A stretch of 64,000 nt of DNA. Origin: Paraspadella gotoi (lineage: Eukaryota > Animalia > Chaetognatha). Below the pieces are notes generated by a model. That model searched no databases, was not told where the DNA came from, and was given only the letters and a program-made list of their open reading frames with translations. The stretch is taken from the NCBI GenBank assembly GCA_051294375.1, contig CM119266.1, positions 22,263,875-22,327,874 of the forward strand, given 5' to 3'. Shown piece by piece: positions 38,277 through 51,278 of the stretch; the stretch's first letter is position 1, and each line of letters starts with the position of its first letter. Both the position numbers and the translations under genes were made by a program.

Positions 38277-40303
38277 GAGAGAGAGACGAGGAGAGAGAGA
38301 GAGAGAGAGGAAATGACCCAGAAAATGCAGGACCGCTTCATCGAAATTGACGTGAAACTGACTTCGAGACCGTAAACAATTTCAGCAAACTCTTCGATTA
38401 TTTTTAGGAGCGGAAAGTGAAAAAAAAGGAGGGGAAAGATAGATACAATTCTATGAAGAATAATATAAAGCTCAAATCTAAAACATATAGTTAGTTTTTT
38501 CAGCCGATCGCCGGAGAAAATTAGTGTGGAAGTGAAGTTTTTGAGTGTCATCTCTCGGGAGTGACGATTGATTTTTCTTTTTCTTTATATTTTCCGGGTT
38601 TTTAACAAGTCATTAGTATATCACTAACTCGTTAAAAACTCGGAAAATATAAAGAAAAAGAAAAATCAATCGTCACTCCCGATAGATGACACCCACAAAC
38701 TTCACTTCCACACTAATTTTCTCCGGCGATCGGCTGAAAAAAAAAGAAGCTCAAATTGAGAATCGGCTGAATAAGTCGCGCCCCCGAAAACTGGTTTATA
38801 ACCTGAAAATGTGGAACGCAGTATCGAACTGGAAAACCAAGTTAGATAACGAACTCGATGAAGCTCGATTGATCGGTGGCGTCGCCCAGTTAATTCGATT
38901 CGATCTCCCAAAGAAAAAAAAAATCAAACTGATAAGTTTTAGGAGCTCGAATTCTCGGTTGTTCGCCGTCGTTCGTCGTCGTTCGTCGTCGTTCTGTCGT
39001 TCGTCGTCCAAATATTTATCGATAAGATATTTTTTTTTAAAGAGTATTACACGCGTCGATCACTCGATCGCGACAAGTGAACGAGGAGCGGAAAAAAAAA
39101 AAAAAAGAGAGAAAAAAATGTAAACGTCAAAAATGTAACCGATAAGTCCAACCCTGAACAAGGTTACGACCGATTATGAGACAGTTGGCGTAATCGAAAT
39201 TGATACAAGCTGTCAGTCTGGAGGGAAGCAAAGGATAATCGAATTAAAAGACTGACTGACTGTTTTGTACATATAAGTTGACACTTTACTTGGCACATTA
39301 TTTTATAAACTGTTATATCGTTTGCCCAATGCCAATCCATATTTCTCTCCGACTTTCAATGTTAATTTTTTAAAAAAATTATTAATTGTTCATTGACTTA
39401 CTTCATTCTCTTCACCCTTCCATCGCCACACTTCGATTTCTAATCCCCGTCCCATACCCAAAACCTCTGTCCGGACATCCACCCATCCCCCCCTATCTAC
39501 CCCATCCCTCAGTCCGTCCGTCCGTCCGTCCATAGTATCCGTGGATGTTTTCCGTTCGATGTTCTCCTCAAGGGTTGAGCTTCGTCTTAATCCATTGTCG
39601 TTCGAAACGAATCACTGTCAGTCAGTGTCAGATGATGTCAATAGATAACGGACAATGTCAGTCGATATCGAGATATCGTGAGTATCTTAGTCGATATCAG
39701 AAGATGATTTTGAAAAAGGAAGAAAAAAGTTCAAAAGATTTCAAGAGATGGATTATTATTGATTAGTCCTCATTCTGGAGAACTATATTAAAATAAGTTA
39801 TCTTTATTCTTGAAATAATCAGTCCGTCGCAGATCCTGGGGAAGTAACCTTTGACCAGAAAAGAAATAACGGTCAACTGAAGATAGTTTATTTTTATCGA
39901 GCAGGGCTTGTTTAAAATTTCTCCGAAATATTACTGAAAAATGAATGACGCCATCACAATGTCTAAGGTTTTTAAAATCACTGAAGATAACGATAAGGAA
40001 CGTTTCACTGAATCACCTCCGATGTTGCATCAAACGCCACCTGATTTCCCCCCCCCCCGATCACAGTCGCATCAATTTGACCTTTTCCCCTTTCGTCCGA
40101 CCGCGCGCTTGTGCGCCTCCCCTGACCCGCGCTCCGCACGGGGCGCCTCAAAAGTGCTCCGCCCATTTGTGCTTTCATTTCTTCTCCCGTTTCGAACATT
40201 ATCCACAAACCCCATTCGCTTTTCTGACCCACCCTCTCTCTCTGAACCCTCTCGCTACTATGTGCAGAGTGTACGGTCCAAACATCTGCTGCCCTGTTTT
40301 TCA

Positions 40304-40374
<71 letters not shown>

Positions 40375-41537
40375 CTCTCTCTCTCTCTCTCTCTCACTCC
40401 TACTCTCCACTCTCTCTCTGTTTCTGGTAACATTTCTGACCTCTTTCTCAAACGTCCGTTGGGCCAAAACTTTGCTCAAACGGCGGAGGGATCTTGCTTC
40501 CCCCTTCCCCGTAATATTTCTCTTTATTCGTTCGTACTAAAACAAATTAGCGTTCGTCTTTATTTTTTTGACAAACTTTTTTCCGTTCAGATTCAAAATC
40601 AAGGAACTTACCCCGAAATAGACAAACGCTGCCCTCCATTGTTTACAAGCCTACCCAAACAAACCCGTTCCTCTATTACCAACTTTCACTCATCTCTCTC
40701 TTCTCTTTCCTTTTACCCTTTCTCTACCCATTCTTCCCAACCCCTTTATTTCCTCGTTATCTCAGTACATTCTCACCCCGCGCCCCCCCTGCTCCATCTC
40801 CTCCTCCCCCTCTCTCATCTATCGATCTGCCTTTCGTGGTTCGCATCTTACGAATCCAAACTTCGCCTCCGAATTTTGGCTTTAGATTAGATTCGGATCC
40901 GACCGAGAGCTTCGGATTGCCGCCTGGATGCGCCTTGGGTTAACGTAACAAACTCCCGCCGAGCTCGGCCATCCCCCCGCCTCCCTTCGCCGCCCCCTTT
41001 TGGCCAGGCGAATCTCTCTCGTTCCTTCTCCGCTGAGCCCCGTTTTGGACGCTTAAACAATCAAAGTGACGTCGGGTTGTATTAAAATTAGGAAAAAGTA
41101 CGAAGAGTCTTTTTTTTTCCTCTTCTTTACCCGATGGCGATGACAACTTTTTCACTGTAACTTAATGAATTTAAAATGACATTTGTATAAAGGAATAAAA
41201 AAAAGTAGACAGGGATGTGAACTTTGCGGCTTAAGAGGCACGATTATGTAATGCTATTATAAAGGATTAGCGACAATTTAATCGTCATTTTGTTTTTTAT
41301 AAAAAAAACTTTTTTAAGAAATAAATGAGTAATTGTCAAAACTGAAAATTTGGAAATTTTTTCATGAAAATTTTTATCGGATATGGAGAAGCAGAAATCC
41401 TTCAAACTTCCGTAACATGCGATAACAAGAACTCGACTGTATGGTCGCAACAGAATCGCAAAGAGCACGCAAAATTCTTTTTTTTTGACTGGCCTCTATG
41501 AATATAAAAAAAAAATAAATAAAGAAAGAAAGAAAAA

Positions 41538-41601
<64 letters not shown>

Positions 41602-43172
41602 CAGAAAGAAATAAGAAAAGAAAACAAAAGATAAAAAAGAAAGTTAGAGAGAAGAGAAAGAGGAATGTGAGCGAGAAAGAAGAAAGAGAGAAAAAAGTAG
41701 AATTTGACTTTTGACTTTTGAACTGCGACAACGCAACATGATTCATTAACTTATATTCGCTCATTAATTTACGTTCGCCTTTAGAAGTAAATTGTTTCAT
41801 TCTATAAATCGAAACAATTTTGATGAATAAGAAACTGATATTCTTCGTTACCCTTACCCCTTACCGCCTTACCCTTCTCACCCGATTTGACGGTCGACCT
41901 CTTCAGCTGCATCCACTTGTAGTTCGGAACGGCTCGCGGTTTTTCCGCCTCCGCCGCCGTCGCCTCCGCTGGCATCGACGCCATGCCGTTGAGCAGGTGA
42001 TGCTGCTGCTGCTGCTGCGAATGGTGGTAAGGGTGCTGAAGCTGATGGTGATGGTGATGGTGATGAGGGTGAAGTGGAGACTCGAGCAGCGCCGGCTGTT
42101 GATCCGTCGGCGCCATCGGCGTGGAAAACGCGACTGAGGCGCCGTTGACGGTCGTCGCCGCCAGGTGGTGGTGGACGGGATGGTGGGCGGGATGGTGGTA
42201 GTTGGGCGGCGTAGGAGGCAGCGTGGGATGCATCGACGCCGCCACCGCCGCCGCCGACGCCGCGGATACGACGCCGTTGGTCGCGGAGCATTCGAGTTCG
42301 CGTCTCGGAGTCGACGAGGATTCGGTATCACAGAGGAAGAGAGAAGCGGACGACGGCGCCGCTTCGAACTCGGCAGCGGCAGCGGCGGCGGCGGCGCCGA
42401 GCGGAGAGTCGGCGCCGCCGGCGTGCTGGACGAGATGGGGCGCCGTCGTGTAACCGTTGAGCGGCGGGGAGGAAGATGGCGCCGATGAGACGGGCGGCGA
42501 TTGGAGCGCGCCGTAAAAACTGCCAGCGGCGCCGGGATACGATCCGACCGCTCCGCCAGCGTCACCGCGCATCGTCATCCGGATGCTGCCGGTATAAGAA
42601 AATCCGGCGCCGGAGGACGACGCATCTGCAGCTGTCAGTCGGTCTAAGGGAAATCCGACTCCGGGAGAACCTTTAGCGGACGAGGCTTGCAATGCGGAGC
42701 TGTCGATGCTTTGCGGCGCCGAGGAAGTCGTCGAAGGTACCGAGACGTTAAAAGGAGCCGAGGGCGACGGAGAAGGCGACAACGTTCCTCCGAAGGGAGA
42801 CGACGAGGGATTCGGCCCCGAATCGATGGGCGGCGTCGCCTCGGCCGGCGTCGTCGTCGTCCCCGGCGTTGTCTGACCATATTGCAGATGGTGGTGGTGG
42901 GCGTAAAAGTTTTCGGTGGAATACGACGCCGGGTGAGGTTGATAAGCTGGCGGCGCCGCGGGATGGTGATGCGGGTGAGTCGAGTAATAGTGATGGTGAG
43001 AGTAGGCGCTTTGCTCAGCCTGGAACGCCTCCAGCGGCTGATGATGATGATGATGATGATGAGGATGATGAAGGTGAGAATGATGATGATGAGGATGAAA
43101 GTAATTCCCAGGGCCGACGCCGACGCCGGCGGCGTAGGAATAGTCCACGTTTGTCGTCGAAAGAGAATTCAT
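27715..43172 (-). CDS. Hox1: Hox1/labial-class homeodomain transcription factor, 2 exons (43172-41882; 28373-27715), ~649 aa
   Basis: Exon 1 ends with the hexapeptide region [10 protein letters not shown]. Exon 2 encodes the PG1-diagnostic homeodomain [56 protein letters not shown]. Phase-1 donor at 41882 matches phase-1 acceptor TTTCAG at 28374. Confidence 0.96.
28570..28644. repeat. ~75-bp dispersed repeat, also at ~54400-54475 and ~55870-55946
   Basis: Shared ATAAAAATTATCCA..TTTAATAAATAA.CTATCT.G.CCCTGACTTTGGACAGGCTTT..TG.TTTAAGGC. Confidence 0.8.
29337..29760. repeat. (TTTAG/TTTTAG)n simple satellite; inverted copy (CTAAA)n at ~33179-33515
   Basis: Direct. Confidence 0.9.
29337..33515. 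repeat. ~2-kb-arm inverted duplication centred on a 25-N gap (likely assembly artefact)
   Basis: 29761 GTCGAGACTTTTGCGAAAC is the reverse complement of ~33160-33179, and arms match up to the gap at 31396-31420. Differences are mostly small indels. Confidence 0.85.
38495..38742. repeat. Near-perfect ~250-bp fold-back (arms ~117 bp) in the Hox1 intron
   Basis: Left arm TTTTTTCAGCCGATCGCCGGAGAAAATTAG... pairs with right arm ...CTAATTTTCTCCGGCGATCGGCTGAAAAAA; about 5 substitutions, short loop, no gap nearby. Confidence 0.9.
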
Positions 43173-43313
43173 GGCTTTTTTCTCTCTTTCTCTCTCTCCG
43201 TTTGTCTTCGTGTCTCTCTCTCTCTCTCTTTCTCGTTTTTTTTAAAACGACGTCGAAAAAATATATTGCCTCCACGCGAGAGAGTCAAACAGAGTGGGAG
43301 ACGCAAAAAAAAA

Positions 43314-43372
43314 TGATTTATTATGCGTTGTATTGCTTTTTTTTTTTCGGCGGGTCCTCCGATGATTAATGG
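43314..43372 (+). promoter_or_regulatory. Two Pbx/Exd-Hox-type composite motifs 5' of the Hox1 start codon
   Basis: TGATTTAT (43314-21) and TGATTAATGG (43363-72), 140-200 nt upstream of the ATG. Motif match only. Confidence 0.25.
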
Positions 43373-43859
43373 CGCGCGGGAGCGAGACGAAGAGAGAGAG
43401 ACGATTATGGAAAGAAAAGGATCGCGGAGCGGGTCCGAACCGGGGACGCCCGTTTACAATTAGCCATCGTTTACGGGAGAAGATAAATCTTTTTCTCTCT
43501 CTTTCGCTCTCGCTCTCTATTATCGTTCGTCTCTTTCTCTCTCTCTCTCGCTCGTTCGGAGATTCCGCGAGACTTTTCGGTTTGACGACGACGAGCGACT
43601 TCAACTTTCGATCGGCGTCGATTTGGCTACGCTGTACAAAAGACTGGGGGCGCAGGGGAAGAGCGTGGGATGCGAGCAGAGGAGAGAGGACGAGACGAGA
43701 TGAGAGAGGAGGAGAGAGAGAGGAGAGAGAAGGAGACGATGAGAGAGAGAGAGAGAGAGAGAGAGAGCAGGAGACGGAAGAGAAGATAGTCGTTTTTCGC
43801 CCGATTTTCCTTTCCGGCGAAGAAGGCCGAGGGGATCGCCGCCGGCCTAGCCCGATGCG

Positions 43860-45141
43860 GGAGAGAGATAGGAGAGAGAAGAGAGAGAGAGAGCGAGCAG
43901 AGCAGAGAAAGAAGGAGAGAAAATTTAGTTAAATTTTACATCTATCACGCCCTTCATAGCTTTGTTTATATCTTAAAAATATTTTTATAATTGTTAAATT
44001 AATGACTTTTTCCTATTTTCTATCGGTCCATTTCTTTTCACAGCCTCTTAATAATATATTCTTTTGTGTCCTCCCTCGCCCTCATTAATTCCACGGATTT
44101 CTCCTTTCTTCTTCCTTCACCCGCTCCTCTTTCTTTCCCCTCTCTCTCCATTCTCCAATTTTCCTCTCACCCTCCCCTTCTCCGCCTCACTTACTTCCTC
44201 TCTCCCACTTTCTCTTTAACTCTCTCCCCTTTACTCTCCTGCTTCTTCTCTTCCCTCCTCCTTCCTTCCATCTATCCATATCCTCCTCCCCTTTATTCTT
44301 CCTCCTCCATTCTCCTCTTATCCTCCTTTCTCCTTCTCTTCCCCTTCCTCCTTCCCCTCCTCTCTCACCTCCCTCCCTTCCGTAATAGTCGGAAAATCCT
44401 TTTTATGCGCGATTTTGATCCTTCGATTGAAAAATCGACATTCATCGACTCTCGATTCCGATTCGTCGTATAAATATCTTCTGTGTTTCCGGTCAATCTC
44501 TTTTCCTTTCACGGTACCGGAAGAAGACACCCGGCGGGCGGACGATCACGTGATGCGACCGGGCTGCGAGCGCGGAGTTCACTGTGATCGAGACGCGGGA
44601 GGGCGCAGACCCTGGCAAAATAGCCGCAAGCGCGGCTCCCCCACTCTCGGTCACGGGGCCGGCTCGGCGAGGCGGGGCCGTGCTTATCCACGTGCGTCCC
44701 GCGAATACTTCGATGCGCGGCCGTTCCCTTTAAAAAAAATCGAATTATATTCAATCAATGGGTTGAGGGTTCCGGCCCTGGCCTGCATCCCTGTGGCCGG
44801 CCTCGGCGGCCGGTGTTTGGTTGGTCGCGGTCGATTCGCCGGGACTGGCGCGCGCTTGCGTGGGTCCTCTCCGTCGGTGGCATGCATGGTTGCCAACCAT
44901 TGGTTGGTTATATTCGTATTGATATATACATTTTTTTTTTTCCAATTGTTCACTAAAAAATATTTAAAATTTATTCGGCAAATTTTGGTTTCTTTAAATG
45001 CTTGACAACAAAATCAGTTTTGCTTTGTGGATTGTGATTTTCGGAGAACCGAAAGAGCCTCCAGCTTGTTCTATTGTCTTTGACTCATAGGCGGACAGTT
45101 TGACTCTAGGTGATACNNNNNNNNNNNNNNNNNNNNNNNNN

Positions 45142-45172
<31 letters not shown>

Positions 45173-47193
45173 ACAAAAATTCGATCTCCCGTCCCTTTTC
45201 CAGTTAGAATAGCTCGGCCAATTGCGGATCCAAAGCGGACTCTTTAAACCAATGAGAATTCGGTCCTGGCAAAGCATTCGACAATTCGGCAATCCTCGGT
45301 CGGTAATTGGTCGGATTCTTTGGTCACGTGCGCTTTTCCTCCACCAATGAAAGGAAGAGAAACGTCAACGGTCACCGAGAGAAAATGTTTTCGTCGAAAG
45401 ACTTAGAAAACGGAGAAGACGAGGAATTAATAAAGAAGAGGACGACGACGACAACGACGACGACGAAGAGGACGACGACCAAGATCAAGAGGACGAAGAC
45501 GTCAGAGAAGAGAATGACAATGAGGAAAAGTAAATTGGAGAAGATAATGAAAATGAAAGAAATTATGTCATGAGATGATTATTGAAATGAGAACTAAATT
45601 CTTTAATACTCTTTTGTGATAAAGAAAGATGAACTTAAAGAAGGAAATTTTACATTTTTTTCAATAGGCTTAAAAACAATAACAACAACCGCCTTAATCA
45701 TCAAGAAATACGCATTATTATTATAATTAATAAGAAAAAAATTGAAACCGAGGAAAATGAAAACGACAAACAAGACGAAAACTTTTTCTTTCATTTGTCA
45801 GATCTGATGTCAAACGAATTTCAGATCGATTTTAAATATTCGATCGGAACTCTCGCCTGGTCTTTCTGTAAAATTATTTTTTACTTTTATCAATCTTGCT
45901 CTCTTTTTTTATTCGTTCTTTAATTTTTTTTCTCTTTCTTTCTTTCTTTCTTTCTTTCTTTCNNNNNNNNNNNNNNNNNNNNNNNNNNNNNNNNNNNNNN
46001 NNNNNNNNNNNNNNNNNNNNNNNNNNNNNNNNNNNNNNNNNNNNNNNNNNNNNNNNNNNNNNNNNNNNNNNNNNNNNNNNNNNNNNNNNNNNNNNNNNNN
46101 NNNNNNNNNNNNNNNNNNNNNNNNNNNNNNNNNNNNNNNNNNNNNNNNNNNNNNNNNNNNNNNNNNNNNNNNNNNNNNNNNNNNNNNNCTCTCTCTCTCT
46201 CTCCTCGTTGTTGCAGGAGAATGGTTATCATAGAGTCAAACTGTGCCGCCTATGAGTCAAAGACAATGGAACAGCTGGAGCTTTGGTTTTCGAAAAGTCA
46301 CATCACAAAGAAACTGATTTTGTTGTCAAGCATTTAAAGAAACAAATTTGGAATAAATTTTAAATATTTTTCTAGTGAACAATTGGGAAAAAAATGTATA
46401 TATCAATACGAATATAACCAACCAATGGTTGGCAACCATGCATGCCAACCGACGGAGAAACCCCATCTAACCCATTTATTGATATAATTCGATTTTTTAA
46501 AAAGGAACGCGCGCATCGAAGTATTCGCGGACGCACGTGAACTTCGCGTCTCGATCACGTGAACTCCGCGTCTCGATCACGTGATCGTCGCGCGGGTGTC
46601 TTCTTCCGGTCACGTGACGGGAAAAGAGGATTGACGGAAACACGAGATTTCACTCGGAATCGAGAGTCGGTGATTCGATTTTCATCGAAGGATCAAATCC
46701 GCATAAAAAGATTTCCGACTATTTAGGAAGGAGGGAGGTGAGAGGAGGAGGGGAAGAGGAAGGAGGAAGGAAGGAGGAAAGGAGGTAGAAGGAGAAATGG
46801 AGGAGGAAGAATAAAGGGAGGAGGATGGGATATGGAAGAAGGAAGGAAGAAGGAGAGGAGAAGGGGAAGGGGACGAGTTAAAGAAGAAAGGGAGGAAGGA
46901 AGTAGGAGGCGGGAGAAGGGAGGGAGAAGAGAAATTGGAGGAGGAAGGGGGGAAGAAAGAGGAGGCGTGAAGGAAGAAGAAAGAGGAGAAATCGTGGGAA
47001 TAAGGAGGGAGGAGGGACAGAAAAGAATATAGTTATTAAGATGCTGTGAAAAAAGAAATGAGATAGAAATAGGGAAAAAGTCATAATTTAACATTTAAAA
47101 TATTTTTTAAAGTATTAAAAAAAAAAGAGCTATATTAGGAGTAAGTTAATAATTTTTTCTCCTCTCTCTCTCTCTCTCTCTCTCCTCTCTCTC

Positions 47194-47235
<42 letters not shown>
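43860..47235. repeat. ~1.1-1.2-kb inverted duplication flanking two gaps (likely assembly artefact)
   Basis: ~43860-45116 recurs inverted at ~46223-47235 with many deletions. Gaps at 45117-45141 (25 N) and 45963-46188. Confidence 0.8.
44500..45350. promoter_or_regulatory. GC-rich candidate Hox1 upstream regulatory region with E-boxes and CCAAT boxes
   Basis: CpG-rich block with CACGTG (~44547, ~44689, ~45325) and several CCAAT/ATTGG (~44899, 45218, 45249, 45306, 45343). Interrupted by a gap. Confidence 0.3.
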
Positions 47236-47237
<2 letters not shown>

Positions 47238-48516
47238 ACTCTTTCTCACCGGACCACAAACGCATCCTCCTCTTCTCCATGGTGCCAGGGAGGTGATAAT
47301 CCGGATTTAAGCCTCTTTGGTTTCCCCGCCGCCGGCCCTGACCCGTGCCCGGCTCCATAGCGGTCTCGGAACCGCCACTGCCCCCACGGATCTCGGGGCG
47401 GGCCAAAGGGCCGCGGTTGGGCAGTAGCCCGACGCTCAACGCTTTTTTCCCCCGATTGGGAGGGGGGGGAGTAGACGAGGATTTGCGTACGAAATGAGAA
47501 TCGGAAGATGAAACCGGAAACCGGAAGTCGAATCCTCGATGGGCGCCTTTTTGTTTTCGAGTTGACGGAGGGACGAGCGACTTCCGGTTTGGGTGGAGGA
47601 GGAGGAGGAGGAGGAGGAGGAGGAGGAGAAAAGGAGGTCCATGAGGCTGAATAGAATGACTGTGAGGAGGAGGAGGAGAAACCTTGACGTTTTTTCTTTT
47701 TCCAAAGAAACGATATCAAGTTCTCCTGCTTTGGAATCAACACCCGTACGATAGATAACCGACCGTAATTCATTCCCCATAAAACTCGTAAAGGGATGTA
47801 ATCTCTGATCTGGACTTCATCCCAGCCTCGTTTCGACCAACGTAGTTGTGTTTGGGCGGCGCGCGATCCGGATCGATTAACCTTCGCGTCAGTCGAAGGT
47901 TTTTCGCCTCCCAAACTTCACTTCGCCGGGGAAGATCGAGCGTTCGAGGCCTTTCGCTCGTCCCCTTTTTTCGATCCAACCCACTTTCACTCATACGCGC
48001 AACTCAAAATTCAACCCCACGATCACGAAATTCGTTCTCTCTCTTCCTCTCTCTTTCGACCCGTCTACTCCCCCCTCTCCGCCCCCCCCAACTTTTTCAA
48101 TGGATCGAGGCAGATGAAATCGAATTGCCCACCTGGAGATAACAGTGATCACTGATCACATCGTAAACGACGCTACCCTCTCCTCCCTCCAGCCGTCGAA
48201 AGAATAAATCAGCGACCCGTTGGATACGTTGACCAGGTCGAGTTTAACAAACTCCCCTGCAACCTCCGAGTCCTCTCCAGTTCATTTTGCCCCCCTTAAC
48301 CCTTTTTGTTTCTTGTCCTCCCACCTCGCCCGCACCCCTGCAACTCCGGGACCCATTCTACCTCAGCGCCCGACCCGTCGTCGGAAATTTATAAAATGAC
48401 GAACGATGAGGATATTTCCTTCGACTCCTATGGAGTCATCTCTACAGACTTCTTTTCAAAACAGAGACAAATAATATTTGTACTGGGAAAAAAAAAGTTG
48501 TTTGCACAGGAGACTG

Positions 48517-48565
<49 letters not shown>

Positions 48566-49554
48566 CTGATCTATCTTTCTCTCTCACCGAGGGAGGGCAG
48601 AGAGGTAAAGGGGAAAAAAAGACTACGTCCATCCATCATTCCTTCATTCCCTTGTTCATTTGTTTTAACAAGTCCGCAAAAAAATTTGGCTACCGGGAAT
48701 TATGCAAATTAAAAAAACAGAAAATGTTTTTTTTTTTTTAAATTTCGATCTCCTGACCAGGATCCCGTTATACATTACATTCCGATGTTGATCTTTATTC
48801 TTCATTCAAAAAAAAATATTATACAAATCGTTTTGAACGTACTACACTCTGCGATTTTATTATATTTTCTATTTTTTTATAGTATTTGACATAAGTTTTA
48901 ATTATCTTTAGAAAAAATTTCGGTTCTGTTGATCGTTCATTAATATACAGAGCAGATTGGTCAAAGGCAAAAACTTTTAAACTGAATTATTTCTTAAACG
49001 TACCTGTAACGCAAAACCACCCATGAGCGCCACCATTAGCTCTCCCCCCCCAAAAAAAAAATTCTGATAAATTTAACTTTTCAATTTCGTGGGAGGTCTG
49101 ATAACGAGCTGAGATGGACTATGCATAGGATAAAGCAAAAGAGAGAGAGAGAGAGGACGAGAGTGAGAGGGATAGAAAAAGAGGATTACAAAAATATTCT
49201 ATTTTCGAATACCTGTTATCGAATAAAGTAAAAATATTTGTCCTAAAACAAGAACTTACCAGTTCAATGCGTTGGGCCACACCGACTTTCTTTCGTAGAC
49301 CGATTTTATGATGATCACGTTACAATTTAAGTATGAAATATATTCATAACAAGCATCTTATTTTTGGTCAATTATTTCAAAATATTAACTAAAATAACTA
49401 AGTATTACTCGAACTATGCTTTATTTTTGTATCACGTGACCAAATTTTTTATGGTTACTTTATTACGCGAGTATGAAGCATAGGTACAAGAAGCATTAAC
49501 TGATACCTTACCGGTCTACTAAGTATTAACTAAAATCACGTATTATTAAATTTT

Positions 49555-49676
49555 TGGTCATATGATGACGATCACAAGACTGGGACAAACCAACAGTCAG
49601 ACGGACCGACCGACTGACCGAGCGGAAAGTGACTTGTGAAGTTGCTCCGCGTGAACTCGCAGCTCAACTCAAAACA
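49555..49676 (+). mobile_element. Possible 3' end of a HINE-like element
   Basis: GACC/GACG microsatellite followed by AGTGACTTGTGAAGTTG..CAACTCAAAA terminal hairpin. Confidence 0.3.
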
Positions 49677-50526
49677 ATATACACCAAAGAGGTTTTCAGT
49701 TTTTATAATGTGTTATAAATCGTAATAAATAATGAAACAATTTAACGAAAATATATAAAAAAAGAGAGTTGGGCCTCAGAAAAAAAAAACATTGCTGCAA
49801 AAATGCTTCACCGATGATTGATCTTTTGTTTTGAACTTTAGGTCCGTTCAATTTTGAAAAGTTGATGGACGTTGAAAAATATGGCAGGAGGAAAAGAAAG
49901 AAGAAAAAAAAATGCTCCTTTCGAATCAGGAAATAAAAGAAAGATACTCGAATTTTTTTCCCCATCGGTTTTCATGTCAGTTTTAGCATTTCGGCCTTCG
50001 TCCCCCTCGTTCACTTTTATAGTTATAGTTAGTGTAGTTATATTAGTTTATAGTAAATTAGAAAAGAAAAAAAGTATAGATAATATTAAAAAAAAAGAAT
50101 GAAAAAAAAGAAAAGAAGAAAGAAAGGATATATAAATGGTAATATAAAATATTTTTTATATTGGTCGTACTAATTTTATATAATATAAAATATAAAATAC
50201 AAATGGTAGTCCTTCTTTACCCACTTCTCGTCACGCCACCTTACCTCAACTCCGCCCCTTGAGACTTTCCACCTTTTTAACCCTTTTCACCCCCACCCTC
50301 CCCCCTTCTCGAAAATCCCTGGGGGGGGGAAGCGGGGGCCCACCCCCATCGCCTCCTCGCGGATCATTCAACGTCATCCGTCGAAACATAAGTTAAACGT
50401 TTCTCCCTCCCTCCTGTCTCACTCACGTCAAAACCGAGAGCCGTCGTCATGGGACATCCCGTCCAGAGTCTCCAGACTACTACCACCAAAATTAAAACCA
50501 ACCACAAAAAAAATTTTCTTGAAATT

Positions 50527-51120
50527 TAGAGGTTGTGTGAGAGTTGTGGGGAGCGGGGGGAGTGGGAAATATTAGAGGTTGTGGTGAGGTTGTGGAGAGC
50601 GGGGGAAGTGGGAATATCTAGAGGTTGTGGTGAAGTTGTGGAGAGGGGGGGAGTGGGAAAATTCTAAGGTTTGGGAGTTGTGGGAGCGGGGAAGTGGGAT
50701 ATTAGAGGTTGTGGTGAGAGTTGTGGAGAGCGGGGAAGTGGAAAATATTAGGGTTGTGGTGAGAGTTGTGGGAGAGCGGGGAAGTGGGAAATTCTAGAGT
50801 TGTGGTGAAGGTTGTGGGAGGGGGAGTGGGTAAATTCTAGATGGTTGTGGTGAGAGTTGTGGAGAGGGGGGAAGTGGAAATTCTAGAGGTTGTGGTGAGA
50901 GTTGTGGAGAGGGGGGAAGTGGGAAATATTGAGGTTGTGGGAGAGTTGTGGAGAGCGGGGAGTGGAAATATTAGAGGTTGTGGTGAGAGTATGTGGAGAG
51001 CGGGGGAAGTGGGAAATATTAGAGGTGTGGTGAGAGTTGTGGAGAGGCGGGGACGTGGGAAATATAGGGTTGTGGTGAGGTTGTGGGCGGGGGAGTGGGA
51101 AGGGGAAGGGTTGTGGGAAA
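50527..51120. repeat. G-rich ~45-bp minisatellite (GAGGTTGTGGTGAGAGTTGTGGAGAGCGGGGAAGTGGGAAATATTA), ~13 copies
   Basis: Direct tandem periodicity. Confidence 0.9.
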
Positions 51121-51230
51121 TGTTAATCGATTTTTAACATCGCATTTTTTTGGTTGAGATGAAGGAGTGAGAGGTGCGAGTTTGTGAGAGAGAGAGGGGG
51201 AGAGGGGGGTGGAAGGAGGAGAGGGAGGAG

Positions 51231-51278
<48 letters not shown>

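Noticed and set aside
41820-43369. Long + strand and alternate-frame Arg-rich ORFs overlapping Hox1 exon 1 (likewise over KSR exon 4 and the TRPM 5' end)
   Set aside because: Shadow ORFs from GC-rich coding sequence; no independent motifs.
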